The notes beneath the pieces are model-generated. The model was not told the origin of the DNA. It saw only the letters and a list, made by a program, of their open reading frames with translations, and searched no databases. DNA of 64,000 nt, taken from assembly GCA_009103225.1 (NCBI GenBank), contig RHPI01001715.1, positions 1,082,011 through 1,146,010 of the forward strand. Direction: 5' to 3'. Both the position numbers and the translations under genes were made by a program. Positions 1-12,231 of the stretch are shown here, one piece after another. The first letter of the stretch is position 1. Every line of letters begins with the position of its first letter. The DNA comes from Chlorokybus atmophyticus (Eukaryota; Plantae; Mesostigma and Chlorokybus algae).

Positions 1-337
1 GCATAGCAAAGCAGAAGCTGAAGCTGTGTGGTGCATCATACACGTGTGGGTGACTCTGTATGCAACAGCCACATCCACACGATTGCTTGCCAATACACTA
101 CTTGCAGCTGCAATGCTTGTTAGGTGAGCTCACAGTAAGTGCATGCAACTTGACAGCCTTCTCCTTATGCAGGTGTGGTAGAAGCGACGCATTCACTGTT
201 GAACCATTCCCACAATGCATGCACGTTCCAGCATGGTGAGCTGACAATGCAAGTGCATTGCACCCATCTGTCGTCAACGCGTGAAGTGAGTTGGCAGCTG
301 CGTACTTGTCGATGCCAGTGCATTGACAGCTGCTTAC

Positions 338-664
338 ATGCGCAAGGCGGCAGCAGACGTGGAAGTTGTCCTCCTTCTTGTTTGTGGAGGTCATCTGGGC
401 GACAGCGACGCGGACTGGAGCGCTGGCTGGCGACGGCAATTTGGCATTGGTGGTGGTGGTGGTCGCCTGGACCTGAACGTCATCTGCAGTGACAACGCCA
501 TTGCTGCTGTCGCCGTTGATGACGAGCGCTGCCATGCTGGTCAATGGCGTCGTCGCCGTCGCCGCCAGCGCCCGCCTCACCCCACCCGGCGCCGCCTGCA
601 CCAGCGAACAGCACCGCAGACCACCCCCAGAAGCAGTAGCAGCCGGCAAAGCCCTCAGCAACAT
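338..664 (-). CDS. NIT1: Exon 1 of nitrilase-like protein 2 / deaminated-glutathione amidase; the rest of the gene is probably left of the window
   Basis: Translation MLLRALP...VRVAVAQMTSTNKKEDNFHVCCRLAH matches the N-terminal strand of the CN-hydrolase NIT1/NLP2 family. A GTAAG donor follows at 337. No second exon recognised in 1-330. Confidence 0.75.
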
Positions 665-1510
665 CCAAACCCTCAACCACCACCACAAACGACCACAACC
701 ACCACCTACTGCCTCTCCCCACCCACCCACACACACCACCTCCGCCGCCGCCGCCGCCGCCTGCTTCTCCTCCTGGAAGCCCACAATGCAAGCTTGTACT
801 TGCACTTGTACCCAATCCAATATAAACCTCCACCAGTCCGGCCAGCCGGTGCTGCCGCCGGCTTGTCTGGTCTGGGCGACGCAGCACCGATGCAATCTAA
901 CTGGTAAGGCCTCGTCGTCGCCTCCGGTCGCATCGCCCCATCACCGGCTTGACATGTTTTGATGATTGTAATGGACAAAGAGTGGAGTGGCTGACTCGGC
1001 ACGCAAAAGTGCTCCCCGCGCTCCCATGCTGACGTGTTCAAGGATCACCACAACCGACGGTGCTTACAATTTGGCCGCTGTGAAAGAGAGGTGGGGCGCA
1101 GCAGGGACCGGGTAGTGACACCCGCTCATTACGTTTGTGGCTGGTAGCTTTCGGTCGATGCGTGTCCCTGAGCAGCAACTGATCTTCCGTGCAAACATAC
1201 GGTACAAGCGTATGGCCTAGGCTACGGGGCTTTGCGTTGCGTCACAAGTAGGCCGCCAAGTGCACACGCTGTGCGGCTGCTCCGCACAACATGGGCTGCA
1301 ATTTTGTGCGCTTACGTTAGGGAGTATGATGTAAGCGCAGCAACCCGAACAATGCGTTGTAACGTGCGCGGCGGGCATGTCGCCGGTGTTGCTGTCTCCA
1401 TTCAGCAAGGAAGCAGGCATGGCCGGATAGGCTGCGGCAGGCGAAAGACTTTCAACATGCTGCCTGCATTAGCTAGCTAGCTAGCGCCGACTATCTGCTG
1501 CCGCGCACCG

Positions 1511-3463
1511 ATGGCGGACGGCATGTCCTCAACGTCGTCGTCGTCGTCGTCGTCGCCGCTGGCGAGGTTGATGTTGGTTACAGCGTGGGCGTGCATGCAC
1601 ATGGCGGCGGTTACCACCGCCTTGCAGACTGGGGACTTTGTGCCCATGGCGCGAAGAGGCCAGTTTCACGGGGTGAGTCATTATACTGTCAACATAAGCC
1701 CGATCGCAAGCCGTGCAGTCAGTGCATTGCACTTGTGTCACACGTGGTCAATCAACGCAGTGGTGACTTCAGTCGTTGTAATTGAGCAAGCTTAGCTGTG
1801 AGTTGTGATTGAGCATTGCACGTCATGCATTCCACCAAGCAATGCGTCCATGCAGCATCTAGCTGTGTAATGTGACAGCCTCCCTCATCAAACTGTAGAT
1901 TGCTGCGTTGCAAAGCATATGCAACATGACCATGCGCGAACGGAAAGTACTCAAATCGTCTTGTTCATTTGTGCAGACTCGCACGCACTGGCACGACGCG
2001 CTTGGCAGGCACTGCCCACGGTTCGGTGTTGATCGCAGCGTAAGTTGAATTGCCTCACCTCTATTTGTTTCAAAACATGCCAACTGCAAACAGGGGTTAT
2101 GCACACACACGAGTAGCCAACCAGATGGTATGCATGGCTGATTTGCTGCTGGCATGCCACACGGCAGTTACGCCAGTGGCTGCTGCCAGCTGGCTATCAC
2201 CCGTGCTATGCATACCACTGCATTTCGTAATAGCACAACTAGCCATTTGGATTGCGATTGACCGCAAGTGGCTTGGTACGCACCTGCCCATATGAGAACA
2301 GTAGACACACTCACCACACTCATGCAGCGGTCAGTTATGTACTGTCATCTTCAATCCCACTCTCCCCTTGTTAAGCAGGTTGCGCTGCCGATTCCAAAGC
2401 CGCTCAAGTTCAGCGCAGGCGATACTTACAAACTGTGAGCACTTGTGCATCTACCAGTCACAACACAAGCTTGAAAGTGCTCATGTGTGGTCTTGTGCCA
2501 GAGCGCTATCATTCGATCACGACAAGTTTATCACGCCATGGCACACAGTGCTCGCTGCCGCCCAGGACAACATACCTGTCATAGAGCTGCATTTTGTAAG
2601 GGGCTTTGAGATGCCAAGTGTGCATGCATGATTGCATCGTGGCCTCGCACTCATATGTCACTGGGCGTTGTCTTCCGCTAGCACAGACATACTCTGGAGG
2701 CGAGATCAAGTCTTTACGATCGCAGCTGACTGAACTTCCTTCACAATGTGAGCACTCTCTGAACATGCTTATCTGCCAAGGTGTTGTCCATGTCGGCTGT
2801 GTTTGTCAACAACACCAAAGATATGTGAACACGCAGATGCGACTCTGCACCGGGAGATTGTTGCGCAGCACAGCAATGCCACGCACTGGCCAAAGCACGT
2901 CATCCTAAATTTTAGATGGTACTGAGCTCAGTGGCGTGCTCTTTCATTGAGCTCTGCATGAACACCACCTAGTATAGTCTCTGTTACAGGATTGTTTTAT
3001 AACTCCAGGTCACGTCTGGCAGGCAGCATGCGCTTGAGATGGACGTCAGTACGGGGCTTTTTGTTCTCTTTGGGTCAGGTCTGTCGCGGGTTTGTTCACT
3101 GTTGTTCTCGTGGTTGCAGTTATTTTCATCCCCAGAATGTATCACACTGATGGCGTCATCATTGGTTGTGCAGGTTTGGCGCTCGCAGTGGCATCGTTGG
3201 TGATTGTCACGTTGAAGTCCAAAGACAAGCTGGTCAGGTATGCATGAAGGAACTTCATGCCAGCAGTCTGGTTGGGTGTCAAGTAAAATGTTCCCCAACT
3301 TCTCTACCCACACACACCCTGCTCGGGGTGGCAGGGGAGGGTTTGCGTTTGTTATTGAAGTGTTGTGCCAGAACCAACTCTTGCTATGCCGTTGACACGA
3401 GTGCTTGGGTGCAGATTCATGTCTGAGGCTGTGGGAGATGCTCCCGTTCCCAAGGCGGATTAG
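1511..3463 (+). CDS. NPU: Multi-exon NPU (NO PRIMEXINE AND PLASMA MEMBRANE UNDULATION)-like membrane protein
   Basis: Signal-peptide-like start. Exons encode GDFVPMARRGQFHG, TRTHWHDALGRHCPRFGVDR, FITPWHTVL, YSGGEIK, HWPKHVILNFRW, MDVSTGLFVLFGSG and KSKDKLVRFMSE...KAD*, colinear with my recollection of Arabidopsis NPU. Clear GT/AG sites, e.g. 1673 and 1976. Confidence 0.8.
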
Positions 3464-4938
3464 GCTAACACTTGCAGTTGTTCCTTCACTTTGTAGATTG
3501 TGCGCTATCCATAATGCAGCTGCTGGTGTTCAGTTGTTCTCTTTGGGCTTGTGGTTATTGTTTGGCACAAACTCCACTGTTCTCTTGCTCGGAGTTTTTC
3601 GCGTCCCATTACATACCAGGTGGCGCTGCTGCAGGTAACCACGACTGCAACGTGTGCATGCATGACTAACAGGGGGGCGTAAATGTATAATATAGTATGC
3701 AAGGATTGTGGCATGCACGAGAATGCTGGTGTAGGAGTAGAGTAGGTAGCCCGGTGGTCGTGTTTGTGGCAACGAGGTGAGTGTGATTTGCAGAGTGTTG
3801 CTTGTTTGGTGTGGTCTGCTGAGCATACCCCTCTCACATTTTCTGTACATGTGCGCATGGTTATCGCCATGGTCACTGAACACCGAGAATCAGCAAGCGG
3901 CAGCCTGCGGCTAGTGCTGCAGTGATATCGCACCGCTTATCCGCATGATGTATGTCTGTTAATACTACAGTGTTATTGCATGCCTACGTGGTTGCAACTG
4001 ATTGCACAACAATGAAATCAGTGCTCACCTGACAGCCACGCAAGACACCAAGCTGCAAGCAACCTCAATCTTGACCCAAAGTTTCAGCAGTCAGATCCTG
4101 TTGGTCTTTGTGCGGAGTTTCAGTGTTTAACTATATACATGACATTGCGTAGCTATTAACATGGGATTAACGTGTGTATGTGCAGTTTATCATAAACATA
4201 AGTACCGTTGATGTACTCTCTTAAGATGCACGTACGGAGGCCGGTTGCAACACGTACAGCACATTTTGAGCAGATGGTCTTTGACAAAGAGAGACAACAT
4301 TGGCTTGAGACATTATTTGCAGAAACGATAGCTGATCGTACCACACATCCTCCAAATCCACAACACTACTAACGTTTACCATTATATCCAGGAATACAAA
4401 CACCAAATTGTGCAAGCAGATTGTGTTACACCCCTGGAGCCCCTTGATAGAGAGAGCGCGATACACAGGAACTTCTTTGATGCAAGCCTGGATGAGAAGT
4501 TGCCCCGACATGCACATGGGACATCGCATAGCCCCTTGATAGTGCACTTGCGTTGATTTCACATCCTCAGCATGTTTGTAGAATGTCCTTGCACCTACAA
4601 TAGACGCGTACCTGAGATAACGCCGAACACGATCCATACCAGCGTCCATTGCTTAATGGGTGCCGTGATTCATGGTTGACGGGGTAGCTGACATTGTATG
4701 CAGCCTCAGCGAACTCTGCACGTGGCTCTCAACCATTGTCTCCAGCGCTGCAGCTCAGTCCAAATACCCTCCACTTCACCTAGTGCCGGCACTTACTACT
4801 ACTGCGTAAAATGAGTTCCGGCCGCTAGCCAAGTGACTTCAGCTGTGATTCCGAGTGCAGATCACTTTCAGCCAAGCAAGCCGACATATTGAAGCTTAGT
4901 GCATAAGCACCATGACTCTGACAACTCAAACAGGGCAC

Positions 4939-7900
4939 TTAAGGCAGGAGGGTTATCATGGGCGGTTTCCCCCCGCGCAGCAGTTCCGTTGGCGACGGCA
5001 TTAACTGACTCGCAGCCATCTCCTGCACCTCTTCTAGCGCCTTGGCCGCGAGTTCGGCGTGCGTCTTGACCGTGGCAAGCGCCAGGTCGCGGCAGACGGG
5101 ATCACCGTCGCCGGCGGATGCGAGCACCAGCAGGCCCTCGGCCCAGCCGCGCACGCCGTCTAAAGCAGAAGCAAGTGACGTGCTGCCTCCAGCCATTGCG
5201 GACACCGCTGCGGATGGGTGTAGGGCTAACACACTGAGGGAGCGTTCGGCGGCGAACAGCGCGTTGCGGCGCACGAAAGGCTCCACGTGCATCGCCACCT
5301 GGCCAACGTTATACTCACCATGCAGTACATTTAGGCCAGTCTCCATGCAAAAGATGAAACAATGACATGACTGGCATGGCGCAGCATACCAACATGACAG
5401 TAAGTGGGGTTGCCCCGAGCACTGAACAGCAGCAACTGAACAGAAGGGACTAGAAGAAATGCCAGCCAAAGCAACTCAGATTGCACTGGAATGAGTTGTA
5501 GCTGTACCTGGCGTGATAAGATCAACTCTAGTACAGCTGTGCATAAGGTCGTGGCGCATGTGGTGTGCGCAGCACAATCCGCGAATACGCCGAGAGCGTG
5601 CAGCATCCTCCCGAGGACAACAAAATCCTTCCTCAACAGATCAAGCCCTTCCGGCCCTAACGGCCCTTGAGTCCGTCTATCAAAGTCTTTCATCAAGGGC
5701 AGCGCATACGCCAGCGCAACATCACCAAACCTGTTCTTCTGAGCATTCATCAGCGGCTGCTTCATCTTCCTTAAACTCACATGACCCCATACGCGAGTCT
5801 TATTTACGCCCGCAACAGGTTCAAGCGCTGAAACACCGCTCTCTGGCTGAGACAGGTGCGTGTGTGTACTCGTGTTCAACGCCGCGAGCTCCATCGCAGC
5901 CGCAGTCATGGCGTCCAGCACCATCAAACGCTGGCTTGTATCCGTGTGCGGCGAGTAGAACTCCTGCACCAACTGCTGCACTGTTGGCAGAGGCGCTTCC
6001 ACAAGCAGAGCGACCAAGGCTGCCATCCTGTGACTCTCCGGAGAGGTCTCGTTGTTTTCCTCCTCCTCATCCATCGTGACAACCCGCGCATACACCAAAG
6101 CCCTCGCGAGCTCTGCTGCCACATCTTCAAGCTCATCAGGACGTGCGCGCACGAGCCGCTCAGCCTGCGCGTGTACACACTCCTTTAGTCTCACAAAGGT
6201 AACATACACATGTAACGTTTGCGTACTTGTTTCAAGGCGCCTTCAACTGCATCCAAGTCATCTTTGCGCAGCCCCTCGGCACACGAGTACAATTGAAGAG
6301 GTGTGTGCTCGATTTCGAACATGGCATCATCGTCTTCTTCATCATCAACGTCCATAGCTGCATGCGCTGTTGCTTTACCAACTTTTACACCTATGTCAGA
6401 ACCAACCTTAACACTACCATCGCACCACCAACGCGTGTCCCACACGTCACACACAACCTCTCCTCCTTCAACCCTCTCTTCATCAAACAGCAGGGGCTTG
6501 CTAGGGTCCAGAACAGTTGAAAAGGCCCTCGCCACGCGCATGCCCATGAGTCTCGATAGCTTCACGGGGCTGTCGAGCCGCGTGGACACGCCTTGGAGCA
6601 AAGAGGGTATCAACCTTGGGGCGCTCTCGAGCTGCGAGGGCGTGAGTGTGTTGATGACTGCGGCCAGGGCGGCGCTTAGGTACACGTGCTGCGATGGAGA
6701 GGCGTTCTGAACCAATGCTTTGCTCGCCCACTCGTCGGCGATTGACGTTGCTGTGTCCACACGCTGTGGCGGGCTGCTGTGAGAGGCGAGGAGTGTCACA
6801 ACCCAACGTAAGGAGCGACGGGGGAGAACCAAACGCACAAGTAGCTTGTTGCTGAAGATGTACCTACCATCAACAAAACAAGAAAATTCTGTGACATGAT
6901 AGCTGATTACAACTGCTGTAGAACTGTCACTTGACGGGCATGCAAGCACACATGTCGTAAATGTTCCATCAAAGAGCGTCATCTCAACATGGACAAAGAC
7001 TCGCACACACATGGATGACAACTTTCCCTCAAAACACCATAGTTGCTTGCAACCGTCATCAACAACACCACCACACAACATCATTGTGCATGCTTGGCAA
7101 TAGAGTCCTCACCGCACAGCTTGGTTGCTGTTGAACACTTGCCCAAACAGCCTTTTCAGCATGTTATTCGCGCTGCCATCAGACAATTCTCGGGCTGCCA
7201 TCAACCTGAGCAAGCTTTCAGCAACCTTCTCAAGTGCATAGCTATCAGCAAGGGGCAAAGCTCGATGATCACAGGTGGACTCCAACAGCGCAGAAGCCAC
7301 AGCTGGCGCTTGGCCTCGCCTACACAAGCGCGCGAGCACATCTTGGCACACACCCACTCCAATGTCATCAATAATTTCATCCTTAGAACATAGCTGGACT
7401 GCTTTGGAGATCAGGTGCGGGAAGTATGATCGCGGCATCAGCGCACGAGGGGCCATTGTACCCGCCCTCTCCGGCAAGGAGACCAACATGTTCACAAACT
7501 CATTGCGCCGTGCCTCCATTTGCAACATGCTCTTTGGCTGCCGCGTGCTGTTGCTAACACCAACACGTCCATAGCTGGTGCTCGCAACCCCGCCTCTATC
7601 GCCATACACAATTTCTTCGCTTTCTCTGCTCAACTCTTTCAGCACTTCATCAACGCCAGCTGTACCCGCGCCAAACCTGCTTGCAAGTATAGCGGCCGCA
7701 GCACGTCGTGTGATAGCATTGTGCTTCCTGGCTTGCTGGTCATGATGTTGGTCATCTTTAACCAATTGCACGCTCTGCAAAGAGAATGTGAGGGCTTGGC
7801 AGAGAGCCAGAAGGCTGGCTGAAGCTGGCACGCGCGTGAAGAAGCGTGCCAGCGGGAGGCCGAGCAGATCTGATGAAGCATAGAAGTTTGGCACAACATC

Positions 7901-8750
7901 TGCGAGACACGCAGACGCACACGCACATGTCAGCATGAGCACTGCTGTTGAAACAATGCTGCGAAACATGTAATCATTACAATCACGCGTACTCGCCTGT
8001 GAGCAACGTGCTTGCAAAGGCAGGATAATACACCAGCAGAAAGACCGAGCTTGCTGCATTCCCGCAAGCAGCTGCAAGCTGCAAGCACGTAAACACAAGT
8101 GTCACATCATAGTCCACACAAAGCACCTTTGCATGGAGCAGCACATCAAATTGACAGACAGCTGTTAAAACGACCATGCAGTAACCATCACACACCGCTT
8201 CAAAGATAACAGCTGACAATAGAATTGACTCCGCACGTAAGTCATTACCTGGTCAAGTCTGGCCCGTTCGACAACGTCACGGGACTCAACGGCGCCTGCA
8301 TGTCAAAGTTGTGAAGTGCAAGCGCTCATTGTCTACTGAGCTAGCAAACATAGCTAATACTACAAAGAAGTGCGCTTCCTGCCGTTGCAACATCAGCCCG
8401 AACGCAACGCCGTGCACTAACAGCAGAACGACCAAAGCCCAACAGCATACGACATAAGCCAACCTGGTTTGTCCCACTGGCACAGCCTTAAGGTCAACCC
8501 TGAACCTAACACCCTCGCATGCAAAAGCACGTCAAAACAAGCGCAAGCAAGCCGACGCACCTGCGGCCTCCTCCTCCTCCTCCTCCTCCTTCTCCTGCCC
8601 CTTCACATGAAGCAGCGTCGTCGCTCCGTGTCTCAGCAGCGCGTCTGCCTCGGTGGCATCCCGCGCGCCATCCCGCAGCGCCGCAGACAGCGCCTGGACG
8701 TACGCCTCCACGGCCGCCGCCGCCGCTGACGCCTCGGCCGGCACGGCCAT
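4939..8750 (-). CDS. TELO2: Telomere length regulation protein TEL2 homologue (multi-exon; boundaries approximate)
   Basis: Exons contain TPLQLYSCAEGLRKDDLDAVEGAL, AERLVRARPDELEDVAAELARAL, SQRLMVLDAMTAAAMELA, NRFGDVALAY, VLGRMLHALG, EPFVRRNALFA and DGDPVCRDLA, all typical of Tel2. ATG at 8750 (MAVPAEASA). Confidence 0.85.
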
Positions 8751-8980
8751 GGTGCACTCACCAGCTTTGCCGTGCATGCAGGAATGCATTTGTGCATCAA
8801 TGAAGTTGCACTGCTGCCCACAGTGTGGGCCCAACACGCCCTTACAAATAGGTGTGTTATTGTCACCAACATTAGCATTTGGTGGCATTGTGTATGGCCT
8901 AGTAGGAGTGGGGTTTAGATGGGAATAGCTACAGTAGCACATGGTATGTGACGTGCTTGTATTGGACATTGTGATTTGCT

Positions 8981-9217
<237 letters not shown>

Positions 9218-11111
9218 NATATTGTAAATGTATCGTGCAAACCAACGCAATATGTCCTTGTGTGTCTACACGTTGGTCTACACATACAGCCAGCAATGCT
9301 GCCCAATGCATTGCTAGTTGTATATACCGAGTCTGCATCTCGTTCGCTCTCGTTGGATCATAGTAACACTGGCTAGTATAAACCAATGAGAGGTTAAACA
9401 GCAGGTCCGTTGGGCACATCATATTACATGTAATAAATGCGGTCTTCTGCGTTTCTTTCATTTCTTTCCTTTAGCATACGTTAGGGAGTCTGCCACAGCT
9501 GCACCTGGTCAGTGAAATCGGACAGTGCAAAAGATGATCGTTCATCATCAACACGCGGCAACATCAGTACCATCAACATCAAACAATTTATTTACGCAAC
9601 ACCGTATGCTGAAGCTTAATACATGTCCGTTTGTAACCACAAAGCACGCAGCGCATGCACCGTGAGGGTTTTTGGTGGCTAGAATGTGACAATGCATGCG
9701 CTCACCGCCGCCGCTAAGCTGAGCCACATGCGTGGGGACTGCGGCAGTACATATAATACCGCTAACAGTTGCGGTAAGCGCACATTGTGCTTGTGCGCAC
9801 GCTTGCGCACAATGGCGGGCGCAGAAGATATACTATGGCAGGTATGTCTTTTGCGGCTATGTGTGGGTGACGCAAAGCCAGCTAATCACGCTGCTGCTAT
9901 GTATGAATAAGCTACTCATACATAGCATGTGCCATACATTTACGCAGGTTTAACAGCTGAAGTATTATGCTTGTTGTTGTACCAATGCAATGTGTCAAGA
10001 TGCAAGTTCAACACACCTAGCACAAGACAACATCCAGTTGACCTTACGAAAAGACACATAACAACCAATTCAACCGGATCAATCAAAAAGCAGATTGAGG
10101 ATATAACTCAGCGTCATTAAAAAGTGGTTTGCTATTCGATACTTAATCCATCTTTACTTTACTATTGACATTACATTCCCCGCACAGCTGTACAGTACCA
10201 TAGAGCATGGTACTCCACAATACGGTATGTGGTATCACAACAAGTGCTAGCTTCAAATTGTTGCAACAGGGCTTCGGCCATTTAAGCCATAAAAGACCAT
10301 GATGGGAATTATGGCTGTTTCCATTCTTGTGTACTACGCCAAGCTCCTTGGTCGTAACGTAGATATCCCGCAAGATTCAAATGCGTTTTCTTTTTGTTAT
10401 TGTTCCTATATTCATATGCCACGAGTAGTGAATCAACCAATTCTCCATGCTTTCACTATCATGAGTACACTTAAATACATCATGTATCCACGTATACTTG
10501 CAAGGCAAAGACACCGTTATGATGTGTCGTGCTGTATCATGCCCCATAACGTATCATATATCATGCCCCATTCCTGTTAAGAGTGCCTCCCGTTTACGTA
10601 CACGAGAGGCATTCTTGTCAATTCATGATTGCGTATACGCAATCATGAGTTGATAAAACTCAATTGACCTCCTTGTTTTACAATTAAACTTCACAATACA
10701 TGATAACAAAATGTCGCACTCTTGCACAAGAGCGCGTAAAGCTGTGGATCAACGAGTCTTGAAAACTATATGCTTATGCATCGCGGTGCTAGTCGTAGCA
10801 TAGTTTATTGCATTTGCACATTTAGCCTGTGCAGTTGGAGGCTTGCTGCACTGGTTCAATTGTAAACATCATGTTATATCAACAGCAGCGGGTCGTTTAA
10901 GTCACAATGTATTAATCGCACCTCACCTGTGACCCCCTCAGGCAAAGGAGTGACGCGAGCACATCCAACCATCATGCTCACACCTGCCTAACCACCAAGC
11001 GCTGAGCTTTACCACTTGCGGATGCACTATGCATAGCATACCATGAGCGCAACTTTGTGATGCTATGCCTATGCAGGCAGTTATTAAATAGTAAACACAT
11101 ATAGTACAAGC

Positions 11112-11352
11112 TGTCGGGTCGAGGGGAGTCGAGGGTCACGCTTTCCGGACAGCTGCAGGGACAGACATGCTTGCTATACATGCTACTGTGTCGCCTTTAT
11201 AACGCGCAACAAAAGCAAAAGATAACCCCAACCCTCATGGTGACAAGTGCTTTGTGCAGCTGGTCTGCTGCTGCCGGGTAGTACGGGCAGGTGGAGTCGG
11301 TGTTCTCCCTAGTGTACATGCTGTGCTGTAGGACACACAGTCAACAAGCCAC
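11112..11352 (-). repeat. Split repeat Y2 (terminal copy, 241 bp)
   Basis: Near-identical to 11946-12187, with about 4 differences by eye. Confidence 0.95.
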
Positions 11353-11943
11353 TACTATGGGTAGCGCTGTTTACACAGTTCTTTGCATGAGTGGAAGAGA
11401 AATTACACTGTTAAGTGAGGTGAATGAGCAAGCAACACGTGGATGCTATGCCCTGACTGATGCCAACAAGAACACCGCGACCAAGTACACCAGGCTCACA
11501 ACAAGGACAAGCACAGTGCACAAGAACATGCACAGGCTCTCACACGGTGAGGAGATTCTCGGGAACCGGGACGGCGTGTTTCGTAGTTCAAGTCGCTTCA
11601 CAAGCTCTTAGCTTTCTCAATCACAGTGTCACTAGCTAATTTGGTGAACACTGTGCCTACTTATACAAGTCAACTCATGACTGTCCAGAACATAAGCTAA
11701 CGGTCATATCGAGGCTATTTCCACAAGAAAACCCCACTCGATATGGAAACCGAATCATAACTGAACTCACAACTGAACAGCTACGTGCGGTGCCTATGTA
11801 GGCTATGGTCATGAGCTACTCTAGAGACATGACCTAGCTACTGGTCAGTGACGCGCGCGGGTCGCCATGCTGGTAAGCCGGGCGAGAGTCTCGCTGTAGG
11901 CATGCCCGATGAAGACTGGCATGCCCGGGCGACAGGCATGACA
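11339..11943 (-). repeat. Split repeat X2 (internal copy, 605 bp)
   Basis: Direct repeat of 17817-18416. Confidence 0.95.
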
Positions 11944-11945
11944 GC

Positions 11946-12187
11946 TGTCGGGTCGAGGGGAGTCGAGGGTCACGCTGTCTCGGACAGCTGCAGGGACAGA
12001 CATGCTTGCTAGACATGCTACTGTGTCGCCTTTGTAACGCGCAACAAAAGCAAAAGATAACCCCAACCCTCATGGTGACAAGTGCTTTGTGCAGCTGGTC
12101 TGCTGCTGCCGGGTAGTACGGGCAGGTGGAGTCGGTGTTCTCCCTAGTGTACATGCTGTGCTGTAGGACACACAGTCAACAAGCCAC
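11946..12187 (-). repeat. Split repeat Y1 (242 bp), directly after the PPT
   Basis: Direct repeat of 11112-11352. Confidence 0.95.
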
Positions 12188-12194
12188 CCCCCCT
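12187..12194 (-). other. Polypurine tract (AGGGGGGG) followed by TG
   Basis: Minus strand reads AGGGGGGG then TGGCTTG, about 40 nt after the integrase stop and at the repeat boundary. Confidence 0.7.
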
Positions 12195-12231
12195 GGGCTC
12201 TGGGGGAGGTTCCAGCTCCAGAGCTCAGCTG

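Noticed and set aside
4221-4649. 142-aa minus-strand ORF downstream of TELO2
   Set aside because: No recognisable motif or splice support; possibly decayed sequence.
11291-11611. 106-aa plus-strand ORF repeated at 17793-18089
   Set aside because: It recurs only because it lies in the X repeat. No recognisable motif.
11112-11943. Reading Y2+X2 as an ordinary 832-bp solo LTR next to a second, interrupted LTR
   Set aside because: A single TSD flanks the whole 7.3 kb, and the PPT and PBS sit exactly at the Y1 and X1 borders, tying the repeats to the coding region. Kept only as a less likely alternative.
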